Source of the DNA: Arcobacteraceae bacterium
GTDB taxonomy: Bacteria; Campylobacterota; Campylobacteria; Campylobacterales; Arcobacteraceae
Direction of reading: 5' to 3'
DNA length: 64,000 nt
NCBI GenBank assembly: GCA_965224485.1
Contig: CBDCZH010000013.1
Location: 64,001-128,000, forward strand
Positions 20,622-32,084 of the stretch are shown here, piece by piece. Under the pieces are notes generated by a model. It saw nothing but the letters and a program-made list of their open reading frames with translations. It ran no database searches and was not told the origin of the DNA. The position numbers were made by a program, and so were the translations under genes. Each line of letters begins with the position of its first letter. Within the stretch, counting starts at the first letter, position 1.

Positions 20622-22426
20622 ATTCTACTCCCGTTTTTTAATTCATTTACTAGTTCAAAGAATTTATCTTTGCTCATATTTGATTGTTCTCTTGTTCTTC
20701 TATTTCTTAAAGCTATTGTTTGGTTTTGAACTTCTTCATCACCTATAACAACTATCATAGGAACTCTTCTTTTTTCAGCCATTCTTACTCTTTTATTCAA
20801 ACTTTCATTCATTGAGTAAATTTCACCATCTATATCATTATACACTAATTCTTTATTTAATTCTTCTGCATACTGTACATGAGGTTGTGCAATTGGTATA
20901 AATATAACTTGTGTTGGTGCAATTGCAAAAGGAAACTCACCAGCACAGTGTTCAGTTAGAATACCAATAAATCTCTCAAAAGATCCTAAAATTGCTCTAT
21001 GAATCATAACTGGTTGTTCTTTTTCACCTTGGTCATTAATATACTCAGCTTTAAATCTGCTAGGTAAATTCATATCAACTTGAACAGTTCCACATTGCCA
21101 TTGTCTTCCAATTGCATCTGTTATTTTAATATCAATCTTAGGACCATAAAATGCTCCTCCACCTTCATCAATACCATATGAAATATTATTTTCATCTAAA
21201 GCATCCATGATACCTTTAGTTGTTTTTTCCCAGAAACTATCATCACCAATTGCTTTTTCTGGTTTTGTAGAAACTTCTATTTCAAATTTAAAATCAAACA
21301 TTTTCATTAAAGCATCAACAAACTCTAATACTTCAATGATTACACCTTTTACTTGATCTTCTGTACAAAAAATGTGAGCATCATCTTGAGCAAATTCACG
21401 AACTCTAAATAAACCATGCATTGCTCCACTCATTTCATGTCTATGAACAACTCCATATTCAAAAAGTTTCATTGGTAAATCTTTATATGAAACTAATTTA
21501 TGTTTAAAAATTTGTATATGACCAACACAGTTCATAGGTTTTAAACCATATTCTTGTTCATCAATAGTTGTAAAATACATATTTTCTTTATAGTTTTCAT
21601 AATGTCCAGATGTTTTCCACATATCAGATTTTAAAATCTCAGGACCACGAACTGGTTGATAACCTCTTACTCTATGAGCTGTATATAAGATATGTTCTAA
21701 TTTAGATCGAAGTCTTGCACCATTTGGTAACCATAAAGGTAACCCAGCTCCAACTTCTTCATTAAAAGTAAAAAGATCTAACTCATTTCCTAGTTTTCTA
21801 TGATCTCTTTTTTTAGCTTCTTCTAACATTCGTACATAATCATGTAACTGTTTTTTATCAAAAAAAGCAATTCCATAAATTCTTGTAATCATCTCATTTT
21901 TTTCATCGCCACCTAGATAAGCACCAGCAACTCTTGTAAGTTTAAAAGTTCTTATCATTCTAGTATTTGGCATATGAGGACCACGACAAAGATCTTCGAA
22001 ATCTCCTTGTTTGTACAAGGTTAATGTCTCATCAGTAATATTTTTTAATACAGCTTGTTTTAACTCATCATTTGCAAATTTTTCTAATACATCTTCTCTT
22101 GTTGTATCATATCTTAGTATTGGAAGTTTTCTTCCAGCGATTTCTTTCATCTTCTTTTCAATTACAAGTAAATCTTCATCAGATATTTTAGATTCAACTT
22201 TAAAGTCGTAATAAAAACCTTCTTTAACAGTAGGTCCTACAAAAAACTTAGCTTCAGGGTATAACTCTTTTATTGCCTGTGCCATCATGTGAGCACAGGA
22301 ATGTCTTAAAATCTCTAAAGATTCAGGTGAGTTATCAGCTTTTATTACATCTCCTTGGATGTTCAAAGCTTCAGCAGTTTGAAGGTCATAAATTTGTCCT
22401 TCATTTAATACACCAATTGGTTCCAA
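20618..22426 (-). CDS. thrS: Threonine--tRNA ligase
   Basis: [44 protein letters not shown]. Confidence 0.98.
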   Translation of the reverse strand: MEPIGVLNEGQIYDLQTAEALNIQGDVIKADNSPESLEILRHSCAHMMAQAIKELYPEAKFFVGPTVKEGFYYDFKVESKISDEDLLVIEKKMKEIAGRKLPILRYDTTREDVLEKFANDELKQAVLKNITDETLTLYKQGDFEDLCRGPHMPNTRMIRTFKLTRVAGAYLGGDEKNEMITRIYGIAFFDKKQLHDYVRMLEEAKKRDHRKLGNELDLFTFNEEVGAGLPLWLPNGARLRSKLEHILYTAHRVRGYQPVRGPEILKSDMWKTSGHYENYKENMYFTTIDEQEYGLKPMNCVGHIQIFKHKLVSYKDLPMKLFEYGVVHRHEMSGAMHGLFRVREFAQDDAHIFCTEDQVKGVIIEVLEFVDALMKMFDFKFEIEVSTKPEKAIGDDSFWEKTTKGIMDALDENNISYGIDEGGGAFYGPKIDIKITDAIGRQWQCGTVQVDMNLPSRFKAEYINDQGEKEQPVMIHRAILGSFERFIGILTEHCAGEFPFAIAPTQVIFIPIAQPHVQYAEELNKELVYNDIDGEIYSMNESLNKRVRMAEKRRVPMIVVIGDEEVQNQTIALRNRRTREQSNMSKDKFFELVNELKNGSRI

Positions 22427-22528
22427 TCATTTCCTTTTTATATATAAATATATTATTTAATAAAATTTTAAATATTTTATCTTAATTGCACTTAAAAATA
22501 CTTAGTAATACCTTTTTTTAATATAAAT

Positions 22529-23056
22529 TTGTTACAATGTTTAATGATATTAAACATTTCAAAGATAAAAACAGAAGCAATTTTACTTTTTTGCAAGGAT
22601 TTAATTCTTGCTTATCAAAATGAAGAAAAAAATCTTTTTGATATTGATTTAGATGTAGATAAAATAATGAGCGAAACATCTGCTGATATATTAAAACAGA
22701 TTAATGCTGTAACATATGAACAAAATCATTATTTAAACAATAGAACACATTATAAAATAAAAGCTGTTTTAAATTCTTATAATTTTATTAACGATGAACT
22801 AAATAATGAATTAAAACTTGGCTGTGAATTCAATCCTTCTATGCTTTATTTCTCGCTTTTATCTACTTGGTTTAAAGAACTAAATAAAGAGTCACGTTCA
22901 AAAGAGTATATTTATTTTATTTTATATCCATATACAAGGGTATATGACAAATTATTAGTAAATATAAGTGATGATAAATTTAAAAAATTAAATATTTCAA
23001 TGTTAGAAATTGCAGAGAGAGTTATTTTTAAATTAGATAAAATATCTTTTAAATAA
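22529..23056 (+). CDS. Hypothetical protein
   Basis: 175-aa ORF filling the intergenic space, divergent from thrS; no motif recognised. Confidence 0.65.
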   Translation: MLQCLMILNISKIKTEAILLFCKDLILAYQNEEKNLFDIDLDVDKIMSETSADILKQINAVTYEQNHYLNNRTHYKIKAVLNSYNFINDELNNELKLGCEFNPSMLYFSLLSTWFKELNKESRSKEYIYFILYPYTRVYDKLLVNISDDKFKKLNISMLEIAERVIFKLDKISFK

Positions 23057-23113
23057 GAAGTATGCTTAAGAAAAGAAAAAACTCTTCTTTTCTTAAATAT
23101 TAAGTATCTTGTA

Positions 23114-24670
23114 TTAGAATATATATCTTATATATCCTGTTATATTTGTAGCTTCTTTAACTGCATTTGCAGCCATTGGTGAGTCTATATCTAAAGGTGT
23201 TCCATAATCTCCAAAAAAACCATTACTTCCAGTATAATCATATTTTATTTTTGTAAATCTTAGTGAGGCGTTTAAGGCTTTAGTTAATGATTTTGTATAA
23301 TAAGCTTCCCAAGCAGTTCCTCTAGCTGCTATTTTAGAGCCAGCCATCGAATCTTCACCATAAGTCATAGATCTCCAGTATTTACTTCCTTTATTCCATT
23401 CTAAACCAAATCTTCCATCTTGTGAAAAACCATCAGGAACATTCAATCCTAACCAGTAAGAATATCCAGTTTGTGAGGAGGTAGATCCTAACATACTCTC
23501 TTTTGAATTTGGAGATGTTTTACTTTGTGCAAAGGAAGCAAAAAAGATAGAGTCGTCTAAGAAATCAGATATTCCATCTCCTAAACCTTCAGCTTTAAAC
23601 ATTGTAGTAAAAAATTCTATATCTCCAAACTCATAAAACTTTCCATTTTCATCAGCTGTGTTCATATTGCCATCTCTATTTTTATTACCAATTAAGTTCC
23701 AAGCTTTTGCATAATTCATATGAACAGAATACTGCCCATTATCATAAGGAACAAAGATAAACCCAGCCATATCAACATTATTAGTAGTATTAGAGTTTTT
23801 CATATAATCTAAACCATCACTTGAGAATCTAAGTTTAGCATTACTTAATCCTCTTCCTCCACAGAATTTTAACCACATTCCTTCAATACCAGTAATCTTA
23901 TCTAAGTTAAATTTAGCACTTGCACCATCAAACTCAACATTTACTGTATGAGAAAGTGCAGATTTTCTGCTTTGGTTGACTCTTAAGTTTATTCCTAAAC
24001 CGTCAGTTGATGGTCGTCTCCCTACTGAAGCTGTCCAAGAAATATCTTTATTTCCTAAAAAAGTATCATTCATATATAGCCAATATGCTTCTTTTACTTT
24101 TAAGCTATTATCATTTGATGCTGTTTCATTAGTAATCCAATCAAAACCTGCATTATTAGCAGTTCCACCAGCATTTGTTACATCAGCTCTATTATCACCA
24201 AATAGTTTGTTATATGCTAATGTTCCATAAAAAAGTGAATTCTCATCTGCTTGATATTTCATACCTAATAAGAGTCTATTAGACATAATTGCAGAGTTTT
24301 TTATTTTCTCACCATTGGCTAGTTTGTATTGTAAGTTATCTACTTGTGTTCTAAAGTCAATATTCCACTTGATATTATCTCCTGCATCATGAGCTTTAAC
24401 TTTATTTATTTTTTTAGAATTTTTTGCAAGTTTTTTCTCTATTTTTTTTAATCTTTTTTCTGTAGAAACAGATGGTTTAGCTTCTATTATTCCTTGTGTA
24501 TTTATTCTTTTCTCCAAAGCAAATAGTTGTGCTTTTAATGCTTGTATTTGTATTTGTAAGTCATTAGTGCTTAAAGTGGAACTGTAAGCAGATGTAAGAA
24601 GAGTGCTTATAGAAAAAAATACAAGAAGTGATTTTTTACTTGTACGTAAAATAGAATCTATGTTTTTCAT
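23114..24670 (-). CDS. DUF3373-like outer-membrane beta-barrel protein
   Basis: Signal peptide, N-terminal coiled coil, DFRT, VKEAYW, SVGRRPSTDG, NKGSKYW, AARG, C-terminal aromatic (RYIF). Confidence 0.75.
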   Translation of the reverse strand: MKNIDSILRTSKKSLLVFFSISTLLTSAYSSTLSTNDLQIQIQALKAQLFALEKRINTQGIIEAKPSVSTEKRLKKIEKKLAKNSKKINKVKAHDAGDNIKWNIDFRTQVDNLQYKLANGEKIKNSAIMSNRLLLGMKYQADENSLFYGTLAYNKLFGDNRADVTNAGGTANNAGFDWITNETASNDNSLKVKEAYWLYMNDTFLGNKDISWTASVGRRPSTDGLGINLRVNQSRKSALSHTVNVEFDGASAKFNLDKITGIEGMWLKFCGGRGLSNAKLRFSSDGLDYMKNSNTTNNVDMAGFIFVPYDNGQYSVHMNYAKAWNLIGNKNRDGNMNTADENGKFYEFGDIEFFTTMFKAEGLGDGISDFLDDSIFFASFAQSKTSPNSKESMLGSTSSQTGYSYWLGLNVPDGFSQDGRFGLEWNKGSKYWRSMTYGEDSMAGSKIAARGTAWEAYYTKSLTKALNASLRFTKIKYDYTGSNGFFGDYGTPLDIDSPMAANAVKEATNITGYIRYIF

Positions 24671-24843
24671 TAATTTTATCCTTAGTTTAGTTTTTAAATA
24701 TAAGATATTCTAATAACTAGTTTTTATTTAGTATATATCTTTGTTATTTAAGTTAAACTTAAGGATAGATTATATTTTCTTATAATTATAAAAAGTATCA
24801 CTTATAATAAGCGATACTCAAGTGTTCCAAGTCTTTTTTTGTA

Positions 24844-25167
24844 TTAACAAGAAGGAACATTTCCTGAATCATTTGCAAATTCGTAAGAAAATTCATAAAT
24901 ATGACCCTGCCAAGATTCTTTAATATCACCTTTTTTTATATTTGGACATATTTTAATTATTTCATTTTCAAATTTTCCACTTTCTTTTAAGTTTTCCCAT
25001 TCATCTTGAGAATGAAATGCAGCAAATTTAGCACCTGTCATTTCACAAGCTTTTTTCATTTTTTTTACAAATAACTTTTGTCCCTTAACTGCACTAGCGC
25101 TTGCAATTGTAGTCGAGATACCTAAAACTAAGACTGATGTTAAAGCAATTTTTACTAATTTTGTCAT
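24844..25167 (-). CDS. Small exported cytochrome-c-like protein lacking CXXCH
   Basis: Signal peptide; KGQKLF, CEMTGAKFAAFHSQDEW, C-terminal DSGNVPSC. Confidence 0.6.
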   Translation of the reverse strand: MTKLVKIALTSVLVLGISTTIASASAVKGQKLFVKKMKKACEMTGAKFAAFHSQDEWENLKESGKFENEIIKICPNIKKGDIKESWQGHIYEFSYEFANDSGNVPSC

Positions 25168-25306
25168 TTTATGACTCCTAATTGAATTTTTGATATACTT
25201 AAATATATTATAGGTTAAATATTATTAAAAAAGTACTTAAAAAAACTATAATTTAGATGAAATTTAATATAAATAAAACTTATATAACTTCTCTTTATAT
25301 TTATTA

Positions 25307-26647
25307 TTGGAAAAAATTATGAAATACTATATTTTAAAAGAACTTGTAAGCTTTTTAAAAAAGAATCTTACAAATATCAAATTAGCAAAAAGAGTTTCAA
25401 ACAATACTATTAAACTAGAATTTAACTCATTAAATACTATTTATTTTGACTTAAGCAAGGGAAATTCTTTAGTTTACAAAAAAAATAATCATGAAACAAA
25501 TGTAAAGAATTATGGAGCTCCTTTTGACACAATCTTGCAAAAAAGATTTAATAATTCAAAAGTATTTGATGTTGTTTTACATAATGATGATAAAGTTATA
25601 CGTTTTTATGTAAAATCAAAATCTTCATATAAAGAACAGACTACAATTTTACAGTTAGAGTTTACAGGTAAACACACAAATATTGTTATTTTAGATGAAA
25701 ATGAGTTTATTTTAGAAGCCCTAAGACATGTTGATGAATTTTCTTCATCAAGAGTCATAAAAGTGGGTGAGAAATTAAGTGAAATTCCAAAACAAAGTTT
25801 TATTCCAAAAATAGAAAAAATAGAAAACTTAGAAAATCTTTTATATGAAATATATTCCAAAAAAGAAGAAGCTGAACTAAATAACTTAAAAAAAATAAAG
25901 ATCTCTTCTTTACGAAAAAATGAAAAAAAACTAAATAATTTATTAAAAAAACTTCCAAAAAAAGAAGAATTAAAAAAATTATCCGAAGAGCTTTATGAAA
26001 AAGCAAGTTTGATTTTTAGCAATATCCATCTCATAAAACCTTATGATAAAACTATAAAAGTTTTTAATTATGAGGGGAAAGAAGTTGAACTTAGTTTGGA
26101 ACTTAAAGGAAGTGTTTCTTCTTATGGAAATGACTTATTTAAAAAAGCTAAAAAAGCAAAGCAAAAAAGTGAATTTATTTCTTTAGAAAAAGATAACTTA
26201 GAGCAAAAAGCATGTTTTTATCAAAGAATGATAAAAAGTATACAAAATGCTACTACTATAGATGAATGCGAGTTTTTAGCTCCTAAGAAACAAAAAAATC
26301 AAACAAAAACAAAAAAAGCCCAACCTTATGAATCTTTTTTCTTTAATGGATTTAAAATCATGTTAGGAAGTGATGAAAGATCAAATATTTTTTTACTAAA
26401 AAATGCAAAAGCAAGTGATTTTTGGTTTCATTTAAAAGATAAACACTCTTCTCATGTTATAGTTCAAAATACCAAAAAAACTATTCCTTTTGATGTAATA
26501 GAAAAAGCAGCAATGTTATGTGCAAAGTTTTCAACTGATTATGAAGGAAATTATTTAGTCGATTTTACTCAAAGAAGAAATGTAAAAATACAAAGTGGAG
26601 CAAATGTATTGTATAATCCATACGATACTATTAAAGTTAATATATAA
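25307..26647 (+). CDS. NFACT family protein (RqcH/FbpA-like)
   Basis: NDDKVIRF, LEFTGKHTNIVIL, DFWFHLKD, SSHVIV, VDFTQRRNV; likely start ATG 25319. Confidence 0.82.
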   Translation: MEKIMKYYILKELVSFLKKNLTNIKLAKRVSNNTIKLEFNSLNTIYFDLSKGNSLVYKKNNHETNVKNYGAPFDTILQKRFNNSKVFDVVLHNDDKVIRFYVKSKSSYKEQTTILQLEFTGKHTNIVILDENEFILEALRHVDEFSSSRVIKVGEKLSEIPKQSFIPKIEKIENLENLLYEIYSKKEEAELNNLKKIKISSLRKNEKKLNNLLKKLPKKEELKKLSEELYEKASLIFSNIHLIKPYDKTIKVFNYEGKEVELSLELKGSVSSYGNDLFKKAKKAKQKSEFISLEKDNLEQKACFYQRMIKSIQNATTIDECEFLAPKKQKNQTKTKKAQPYESFFFNGFKIMLGSDERSNIFLLKNAKASDFWFHLKDKHSSHVIVQNTKKTIPFDVIEKAAMLCAKFSTDYEGNYLVDFTQRRNVKIQSGANVLYNPYDTIKVNI

Positions 26648-26667
26648 AAACATATAAAGGATTTTAT

Positions 26668-27249
26668 ATGAAAAAGATATTTTTAATCTTAAGTTTACTT
26701 CTACTTTTTGTCTCATGTTCTAGTAAAATTCCTGTAGAAATACACAAAAACAAGAATTTAAGTATAGATAAAAGTAAAAAGATAATTTTCTTAGAGTTTC
26801 AAAACTCTTCTGTAGAAAATATAAAAATCAAAGAAATGTTAAAACAAGCCCTAATAAACAAAAACTACGCCCTATCTTCAAAATTGTATGAAGTTGATTA
26901 TTATGTTTTTATTCATATAGTAAGTGCAAAAAGCCTTGAGATGTCTTTGGCTAAAAAAAGTATACTATCTAATATAAATTTAAATTTAGGACTTGGTAAA
27001 ACCTTTGGTTCCAATGTTGGAGTGAGTACTAGTGTAGGAACAAGTCTTGGAAATATATTTAATAAAAATGAAAAGCAAAAAGTATTTCAAATAATTGTTG
27101 ATTTAAATATTGATGAATATAAAAATAATGAACTTTTTAAATCAAAAGAAAACCAGATTGTTTTAACATCTTCCTTTAATGAAAAAAAAGAACTAGTTCT
27201 TGAAGAAATAGAAAAAAAACTAATAAAAGAAATAGAAGATATCTTTTAA
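26668..27249 (+). CDS. Hypothetical lipoprotein
   Basis: Lipobox FVSC; glycine-rich GLGKTFGSNVGVSTSVG segment. Confidence 0.7.
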   Translation: MKKIFLILSLLLLFVSCSSKIPVEIHKNKNLSIDKSKKIIFLEFQNSSVENIKIKEMLKQALINKNYALSSKLYEVDYYVFIHIVSAKSLEMSLAKKSILSNINLNLGLGKTFGSNVGVSTSVGTSLGNIFNKNEKQKVFQIIVDLNIDEYKNNELFKSKENQIVLTSSFNEKKELVLEEIEKKLIKEIEDIF

Positions 27250-27333
27250 ATAGTTTAAATTTATAATATCTTATTAGTTTATTATAAAGTCATTTTTGTT
27301 AGAATATAAAAATTTTGTAATTAAAGGAAGAAA

Positions 27334-27729
27334 TTGAAAAGTATTATTAAGTTAGGTGCAATGATTGCATTAATAAGTTTTGTTTTTGTTGGTTGTAGAA
27401 ATATGGCTGTTTATAATGTAAGTAATAGTCCTATTATGGCTAAAGTATCAAATGATAAGGTTTTTACTGCTATTAAAAAAGCTGGGTATTCTAAGGGTTG
27501 GATTATTACTAAAGTGAAAAATGGTTTAGCTCAAGGTAAAATTAATTTAAGATCTCATCAGGCAATAATTGAGATTCCTTATACTAGTAAAAGTTTTTCT
27601 ATTAAATATAAAAATAGTATAAACTTAAAATATGATTCTGTTAAAGGAACAATCCACAAAAACTATAATGGTTGGATTCAAAATTTAGAAAATGCAATTA
27701 ACTTTGAACTAGAAGCTTTAAATATGTAA
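27334..27729 (+). CDS. Lipoprotein resembling the small lipoprotein of enterobacterial aryl-polyene clusters (ApeA-like)
   Basis: Lipobox FVGC; AIKKAG..KGW, IKY..S.NL, IHKNYNGWIQNL; adjacent to the cluster. Confidence 0.65.
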   Translation: MKSIIKLGAMIALISFVFVGCRNMAVYNVSNSPIMAKVSNDKVFTAIKKAGYSKGWIITKVKNGLAQGKINLRSHQAIIEIPYTSKSFSIKYKNSINLKYDSVKGTIHKNYNGWIQNLENAINFELEALNM

Positions 27730-27755
27730 AAGTCTAAGCTAAGAGAAATCTTAGC

Positions 27756-28967
27756 TTAGTTTTTTATCTTTTTACCTACACAAGATATCTCTATTTTTTT
27801 TACAATTTTCAAGTGAATACAAAACTTTATATTACATAACTCTTCTTTTAATAAAAGTTGAATTTCTTTATTCTTAAAATCATAGGTACTTTCTAAAATA
27901 ATTTCAAGATCTTCTGCTCTTAAAGAACTTTTTGAAGAAACAACAAAAACTAAGGCCTTATTTATATTTTTATGTTTTTCTAAAATATTTTCAATTTCTA
28001 CAGTAGAGAACCTTTTACCAGCTATCTTTATAATTTTAGAACTTCGTCCTAGGAGTTTAAATCTATCTTTTGTAAGCTCAACATAATCAAAACTTTGTAT
28101 CTCTTGTTTTGTTTGTTTAAAGCTAGTTTCGTAAATAACTTCAGAAACAAAAGGTGACTTAATTTTTAATTCATTTTTTTCATTTGTGCTTAATTTTACT
28201 TTATTTAACTTAGTCCATAAAAGTTCATCATTATATTTATAAGCAATTCCTCCTGTTTCTGTTGAACCAAATAATTGCAAAATATCACAAGAAAATTTTT
28301 TATTAAAATATTTTGAAGTATTAGTATCTAAAGGAGCAGTTGAGCTTATAAATAATGAAGTAGAAAGGTTTTTTTTAGTCTCTAATCTATTTAAAGCTTT
28401 AATATATAGAGGTGTTGTTACAATTAAAGTATGTTCATCAATAAAATCTAATAAATCATTGGGTAAAAAATGCTCTTTGAGTATAATGTCTAAATTATTT
28501 AATAAGGGATAAAATAAGCCCAATAAACTGCCATAAAAATGTATAAAAGGAACAGTTACTATAACTCTTTTTATCTTATATTTTTTTATTAAATTTTTTA
28601 TTTCTTCTAGTTCTTGAAAAATGTTAGCTTTTGTTTTTAATGCTCCAAGAGCTAAACCAGATGTTCCTGAGGTAAAATAAGTAAAAGAAAAAATTTCTTT
28701 AGTAAAAATATTGTTATCATTTCTTTCTTGCGCAAAAGCTTGTATATTTAAATCTTTTATCTTTTTAGCTAAAGCTTTATTTTTATTATCAAAAAGAATT
28801 GATTTTGAATCATTAAAATATGATTTAAAAATATCTAAGGCATTTTCTTCTTTTTTATCCATGCTGATGTAAGATACTTTATTTTTATAAGATATATCTA
28901 AAAAATTATCTTTTTTTATTATGTATTGTCTAAAGATATTATTATCTTCATAAACGCTAAGAGTCAT
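27756..28967 (-). CDS. AMP-binding acyl-CoA/ACP ligase (ApeH-like)
   Basis: FTSGTSG, FGSTETGG, LGR..IIKIAGKR. Confidence 0.82.
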   Translation of the reverse strand: MTLSVYEDNNIFRQYIIKKDNFLDISYKNKVSYISMDKKEENALDIFKSYFNDSKSILFDNKNKALAKKIKDLNIQAFAQERNDNNIFTKEIFSFTYFTSGTSGLALGALKTKANIFQELEEIKNLIKKYKIKRVIVTVPFIHFYGSLLGLFYPLLNNLDIILKEHFLPNDLLDFIDEHTLIVTTPLYIKALNRLETKKNLSTSLFISSTAPLDTNTSKYFNKKFSCDILQLFGSTETGGIAYKYNDELLWTKLNKVKLSTNEKNELKIKSPFVSEVIYETSFKQTKQEIQSFDYVELTKDRFKLLGRSSKIIKIAGKRFSTVEIENILEKHKNINKALVFVVSSKSSLRAEDLEIILESTYDFKNKEIQLLLKEELCNIKFCIHLKIVKKIEISCVGKKIKN

Positions 28968-31089
28968 TAAAAACCTTTTTTTGAAATACTAGTAAAAGCA
29001 TAAGTGCAATAATACCAATACTTGCTATTAAACCTATTGAAAAAAGTGCATTTATTTTAGAAAAAATCAAAACTCCAAATCCCGAAAATGTTGAGAGTAA
29101 AGAGAAAAATATAGCTTTTTTTGTATTAATATCTAGGTTTTTTGAGCTTAAATAAATACCAAAATCTATTGATATTGCCAAAATAATAAATATCATAAAT
29201 ATATGTAAAATATTAAACCTTATAAATAAAGAACTTAGTAAAATTATAGAAAGAGGGAATAAAATAAAATTTATTGCTAATAGATAGTTTTCTTTACATA
29301 TTAAAAAAAGCATTAGAAAAATAAAAATCAAAGTAATACTTCCTAAAAATAGTAAATCCTTATATAAAGAAAATAAAGTTTCTTCAAACATTATTTTAAT
29401 ACTTAAAGGATTTATATAAGGAAGTTTATAAACTTCATTTAGATTTTTTGTACTAATTAAAGCGTAACTTATATATAAATCTTTATATTTTCTAAGTTCA
29501 AAACCATAAGAGTTTATCTCTTCTACTGTATATATAGGAGCAGTCATTTGTTTCTCATAAGCTTGTTTAAAAAAATTGTCACGAAAACCTAAGCGTGTAG
29601 TTTCTTTTTTTATTTGGCTTCTTAAGTTATTTAAATTAAGTTCATTTATTTTTTCACTCTTTTTTTGGAATTGTTTTTTACTTAATAATACTGATATAGG
29701 AATATAAGATGTTATATATTTTTCTTTCAAGTCTTTTGCATTATTTAATAAGTCCTCAATTGATTTTGCTTTTATTAAAACAGTAGTACTTTTTTCTTTT
29801 TGAAGTTTAGTAAAAAAAAAGTTTTCACTATTTTTTAATTTTGTATTTTGAACATCTAAATTCTTAATATCTAAATCAAAATGTACTTCTTTAAAAGTAA
29901 ATAAAATCACAAAAAGTGAAAATAAAGTAATAATATATGGTTTAAAATTTAAATTAAAATTGTAGTATTTATTTTTATTTTCATTCTTTTCTTTTTTAAA
30001 AAATTTTATTTTTGGATATAAAAAAGAGAACTGAACATAAGAGAATAATAAGGAAAAAATAGCAAAATAAGAAATCTGCTTTAATAAATCAAAAGATATA
30101 AAAGATATAATAAAAAAAGCCCCAACAGTTGTTATCATTCCAAAAAAAACATTATAATTAAATGATTTTTTATTTTCATAATATTTATGCATATAATGAT
30201 GAAACATATAATCAACAGCAACAGTAGAAATAGAAATTCCAAATACTAAAACAAAAATTGACAATTCTTTAAAAATAAAAGAAGATAAAAGAAGTGCAAA
30301 AAGAATAGAAGAACTAAGTGTTAAGAGGGTATTAAATAATAGTTTAATATTTTTTAATATAATAAGATACAAAAATATTAAAATAATACTTGATAAGAGT
30401 ATTATCGCATTAACATCACTTTTAATTTCTCTTTGGTTTTCTACAAAATAAAAAATACTAGAGAATAACTTTATTTCATGGTTTCTCTTGTTTCTTATTT
30501 TATAAATACTATCATAGATTCTTTCATATTCTTTTAAACTATTAACTGAATTATTAATAGTAAAAATAGATAAATAGCCATAATCTTTTAAAAATAAATG
30601 AGAGTTTTTTAAGATTTGTTTTGTTTTTTTATCTTTAAGATATAAATTAAAAGGATCACTTTTATCTAAAATAAAAGAAAAATCTGAATTTATTAAGTTT
30701 TTCCTAATTTTATTCAAATCTTTTTTAACATTTAAAGTATTTAATTTTTTTTCGTTTATTCTTAAATTGTATAGTTTAAAACTGTTCTCATACTCTCTTA
30801 AAGAACTGCTTTTAGAAAAAGTATCTAGGTTAAGCCCTTTAATACTAGAAAGTTTTTTTTCTAAGATTTTTAGCTGTTTTAAAGAGTTTTTATCTAAACC
30901 TTTATAGGCTAAAAAAAGTTTTTTACTAGTTTTAAATTTTGAGAATTCCTTTAAAAGTTCTTTGTTATTTGAATTTGGAAGAATTGTTTCTAGTTTTGTA
31001 GAAATATTAGAAAAAGAGTCAAACTTAATAACCAAGAAAAATAGAATAAAAAATATTAAGATATTTATATAGTTACTTATTCTCAACAA
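28957..31089 (-). CDS. MMPL/RND-type exporter (ApeM-like)
   Basis: Two TM blocks with VAVDYMFH and ISIDFGIY, GFGVLIFS; large periplasmic loops. Confidence 0.8.
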   Translation of the reverse strand: MLRISNYINILIFFILFFLVIKFDSFSNISTKLETILPNSNNKELLKEFSKFKTSKKLFLAYKGLDKNSLKQLKILEKKLSSIKGLNLDTFSKSSSLREYENSFKLYNLRINEKKLNTLNVKKDLNKIRKNLINSDFSFILDKSDPFNLYLKDKKTKQILKNSHLFLKDYGYLSIFTINNSVNSLKEYERIYDSIYKIRNKRNHEIKLFSSIFYFVENQREIKSDVNAIILLSSIILIFLYLIILKNIKLLFNTLLTLSSSILFALLLSSFIFKELSIFVLVFGISISTVAVDYMFHHYMHKYYENKKSFNYNVFFGMITTVGAFFIISFISFDLLKQISYFAIFSLLFSYVQFSFLYPKIKFFKKEKNENKNKYYNFNLNFKPYIITLFSLFVILFTFKEVHFDLDIKNLDVQNTKLKNSENFFFTKLQKEKSTTVLIKAKSIEDLLNNAKDLKEKYITSYIPISVLLSKKQFQKKSEKINELNLNNLRSQIKKETTRLGFRDNFFKQAYEKQMTAPIYTVEEINSYGFELRKYKDLYISYALISTKNLNEVYKLPYINPLSIKIMFEETLFSLYKDLLFLGSITLIFIFLMLFLICKENYLLAINFILFPLSIILLSSLFIRFNILHIFMIFIILAISIDFGIYLSSKNLDINTKKAIFFSLLSTFSGFGVLIFSKINALFSIGLIASIGIIALMLLLVFQKKVFNDS

Positions 31090-31552
31090 TAGTAATCCTA
31101 TCTTTATTTATAAAATAAATATTTAAATATTCAAGTTTATTCTTTACTTTTTTAAAAACAATTTTTTTGATTATATTACTTATGTAATCTTTAGGAACTA
31201 AAGTAGTCTCGTCTTCTTTTTTTACTATATTGAAATTATCCTCTAAAGAAGAGTTATTATTTGTAAAAATAGATTTTAGTAAATTATAAAAAAGAAAGAG
31301 TTTAATATTCTTTTCATATGTTAATGTTTCTTTTTGATTTTTATTTAAAATAATTATATTGTTTTTAGTAAAGTTTATAATTTTATTTTCACCAGAGTAT
31401 TGTAGGATTAAATTATCTTCTCTAAAGTTTAGAATACCTATTTTTTTTATACTCATATCAAGTGCATTTATATATTTACTTTGAGTAAATTTAATTTCTT
31501 CTGCATAAAAAAATTCTAATAAAATTAATAGTAAGAATATTATTTTAATCAT
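31073..31552 (-). CDS. LolA-like periplasmic carrier protein
   Basis: Signal peptide, FTQSKYI, beta-rich pattern, LVPK; position in cluster. Confidence 0.6.
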   Translation of the reverse strand: MIKIIFLLLILLEFFYAEEIKFTQSKYINALDMSIKKIGILNFREDNLILQYSGENKIINFTKNNIIILNKNQKETLTYEKNIKLFLFYNLLKSIFTNNNSSLEDNFNIVKKEDETTLVPKDYISNIIKKIVFKKVKNKLEYLNIYFINKDRITIVENK

Positions 31553-32081
31553 CTATTTCCTTAAAAAAGAATACTTTTTTATGAATAACTTGAATTATTC
31601 CACTTAATATGAAAATAAAATACCAGCCAAATGAGGAATAAACTAGCCAATATGCTATATCTTCATTTAGAAAAACATATATGTGCAAAAAAACATTAAG
31701 AATAGAGGCAAAAGACCAATAAAGTGTAGATTTTTGAATATATTCTTTTTCTTTGTTATTAACTTTTTTCTTGATTTTATCTAAAAATAGAAAAATAAAA
31801 GAATTATTTGAAAAATAACTATAAAACATAAATAAAGATATTAATAAAGATATTAAAAGTGGTAAGCCCTTTAAAAATAAAAAACTATTTAAAAAATATG
31901 CAAGTATTGAAATGCATAAGTAAAAAGCAGGAAAAATAAGTTCTTTTTTTGTTTTCTTTAAAAGAATAATAAACCAAAGTAATGAAAAAATAAAAATAAA
32001 AATACTAACAGTTTTAAGTTCAAAATTTCTTAAAGAATAAAAAACAAAAGGAGCATACAGAAGTGAGATTAGTATATTCAT
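31545..32081 (-). CDS. Membrane protein, COG4648/ApeG-like
   Basis: YAPFVF, EYIQKSTLYW, WLVY; position in cluster. Confidence 0.6.
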   Translation of the reverse strand: MNILISLLYAPFVFYSLRNFELKTVSIFIFIFSLLWFIILLKKTKKELIFPAFYLCISILAYFLNSFLFLKGLPLLISLLISLFMFYSYFSNNSFIFLFLDKIKKKVNNKEKEYIQKSTLYWSFASILNVFLHIYVFLNEDIAYWLVYSSFGWYFIFILSGIIQVIHKKVFFFKEIDD

Positions 32082-32084
32082 AAG

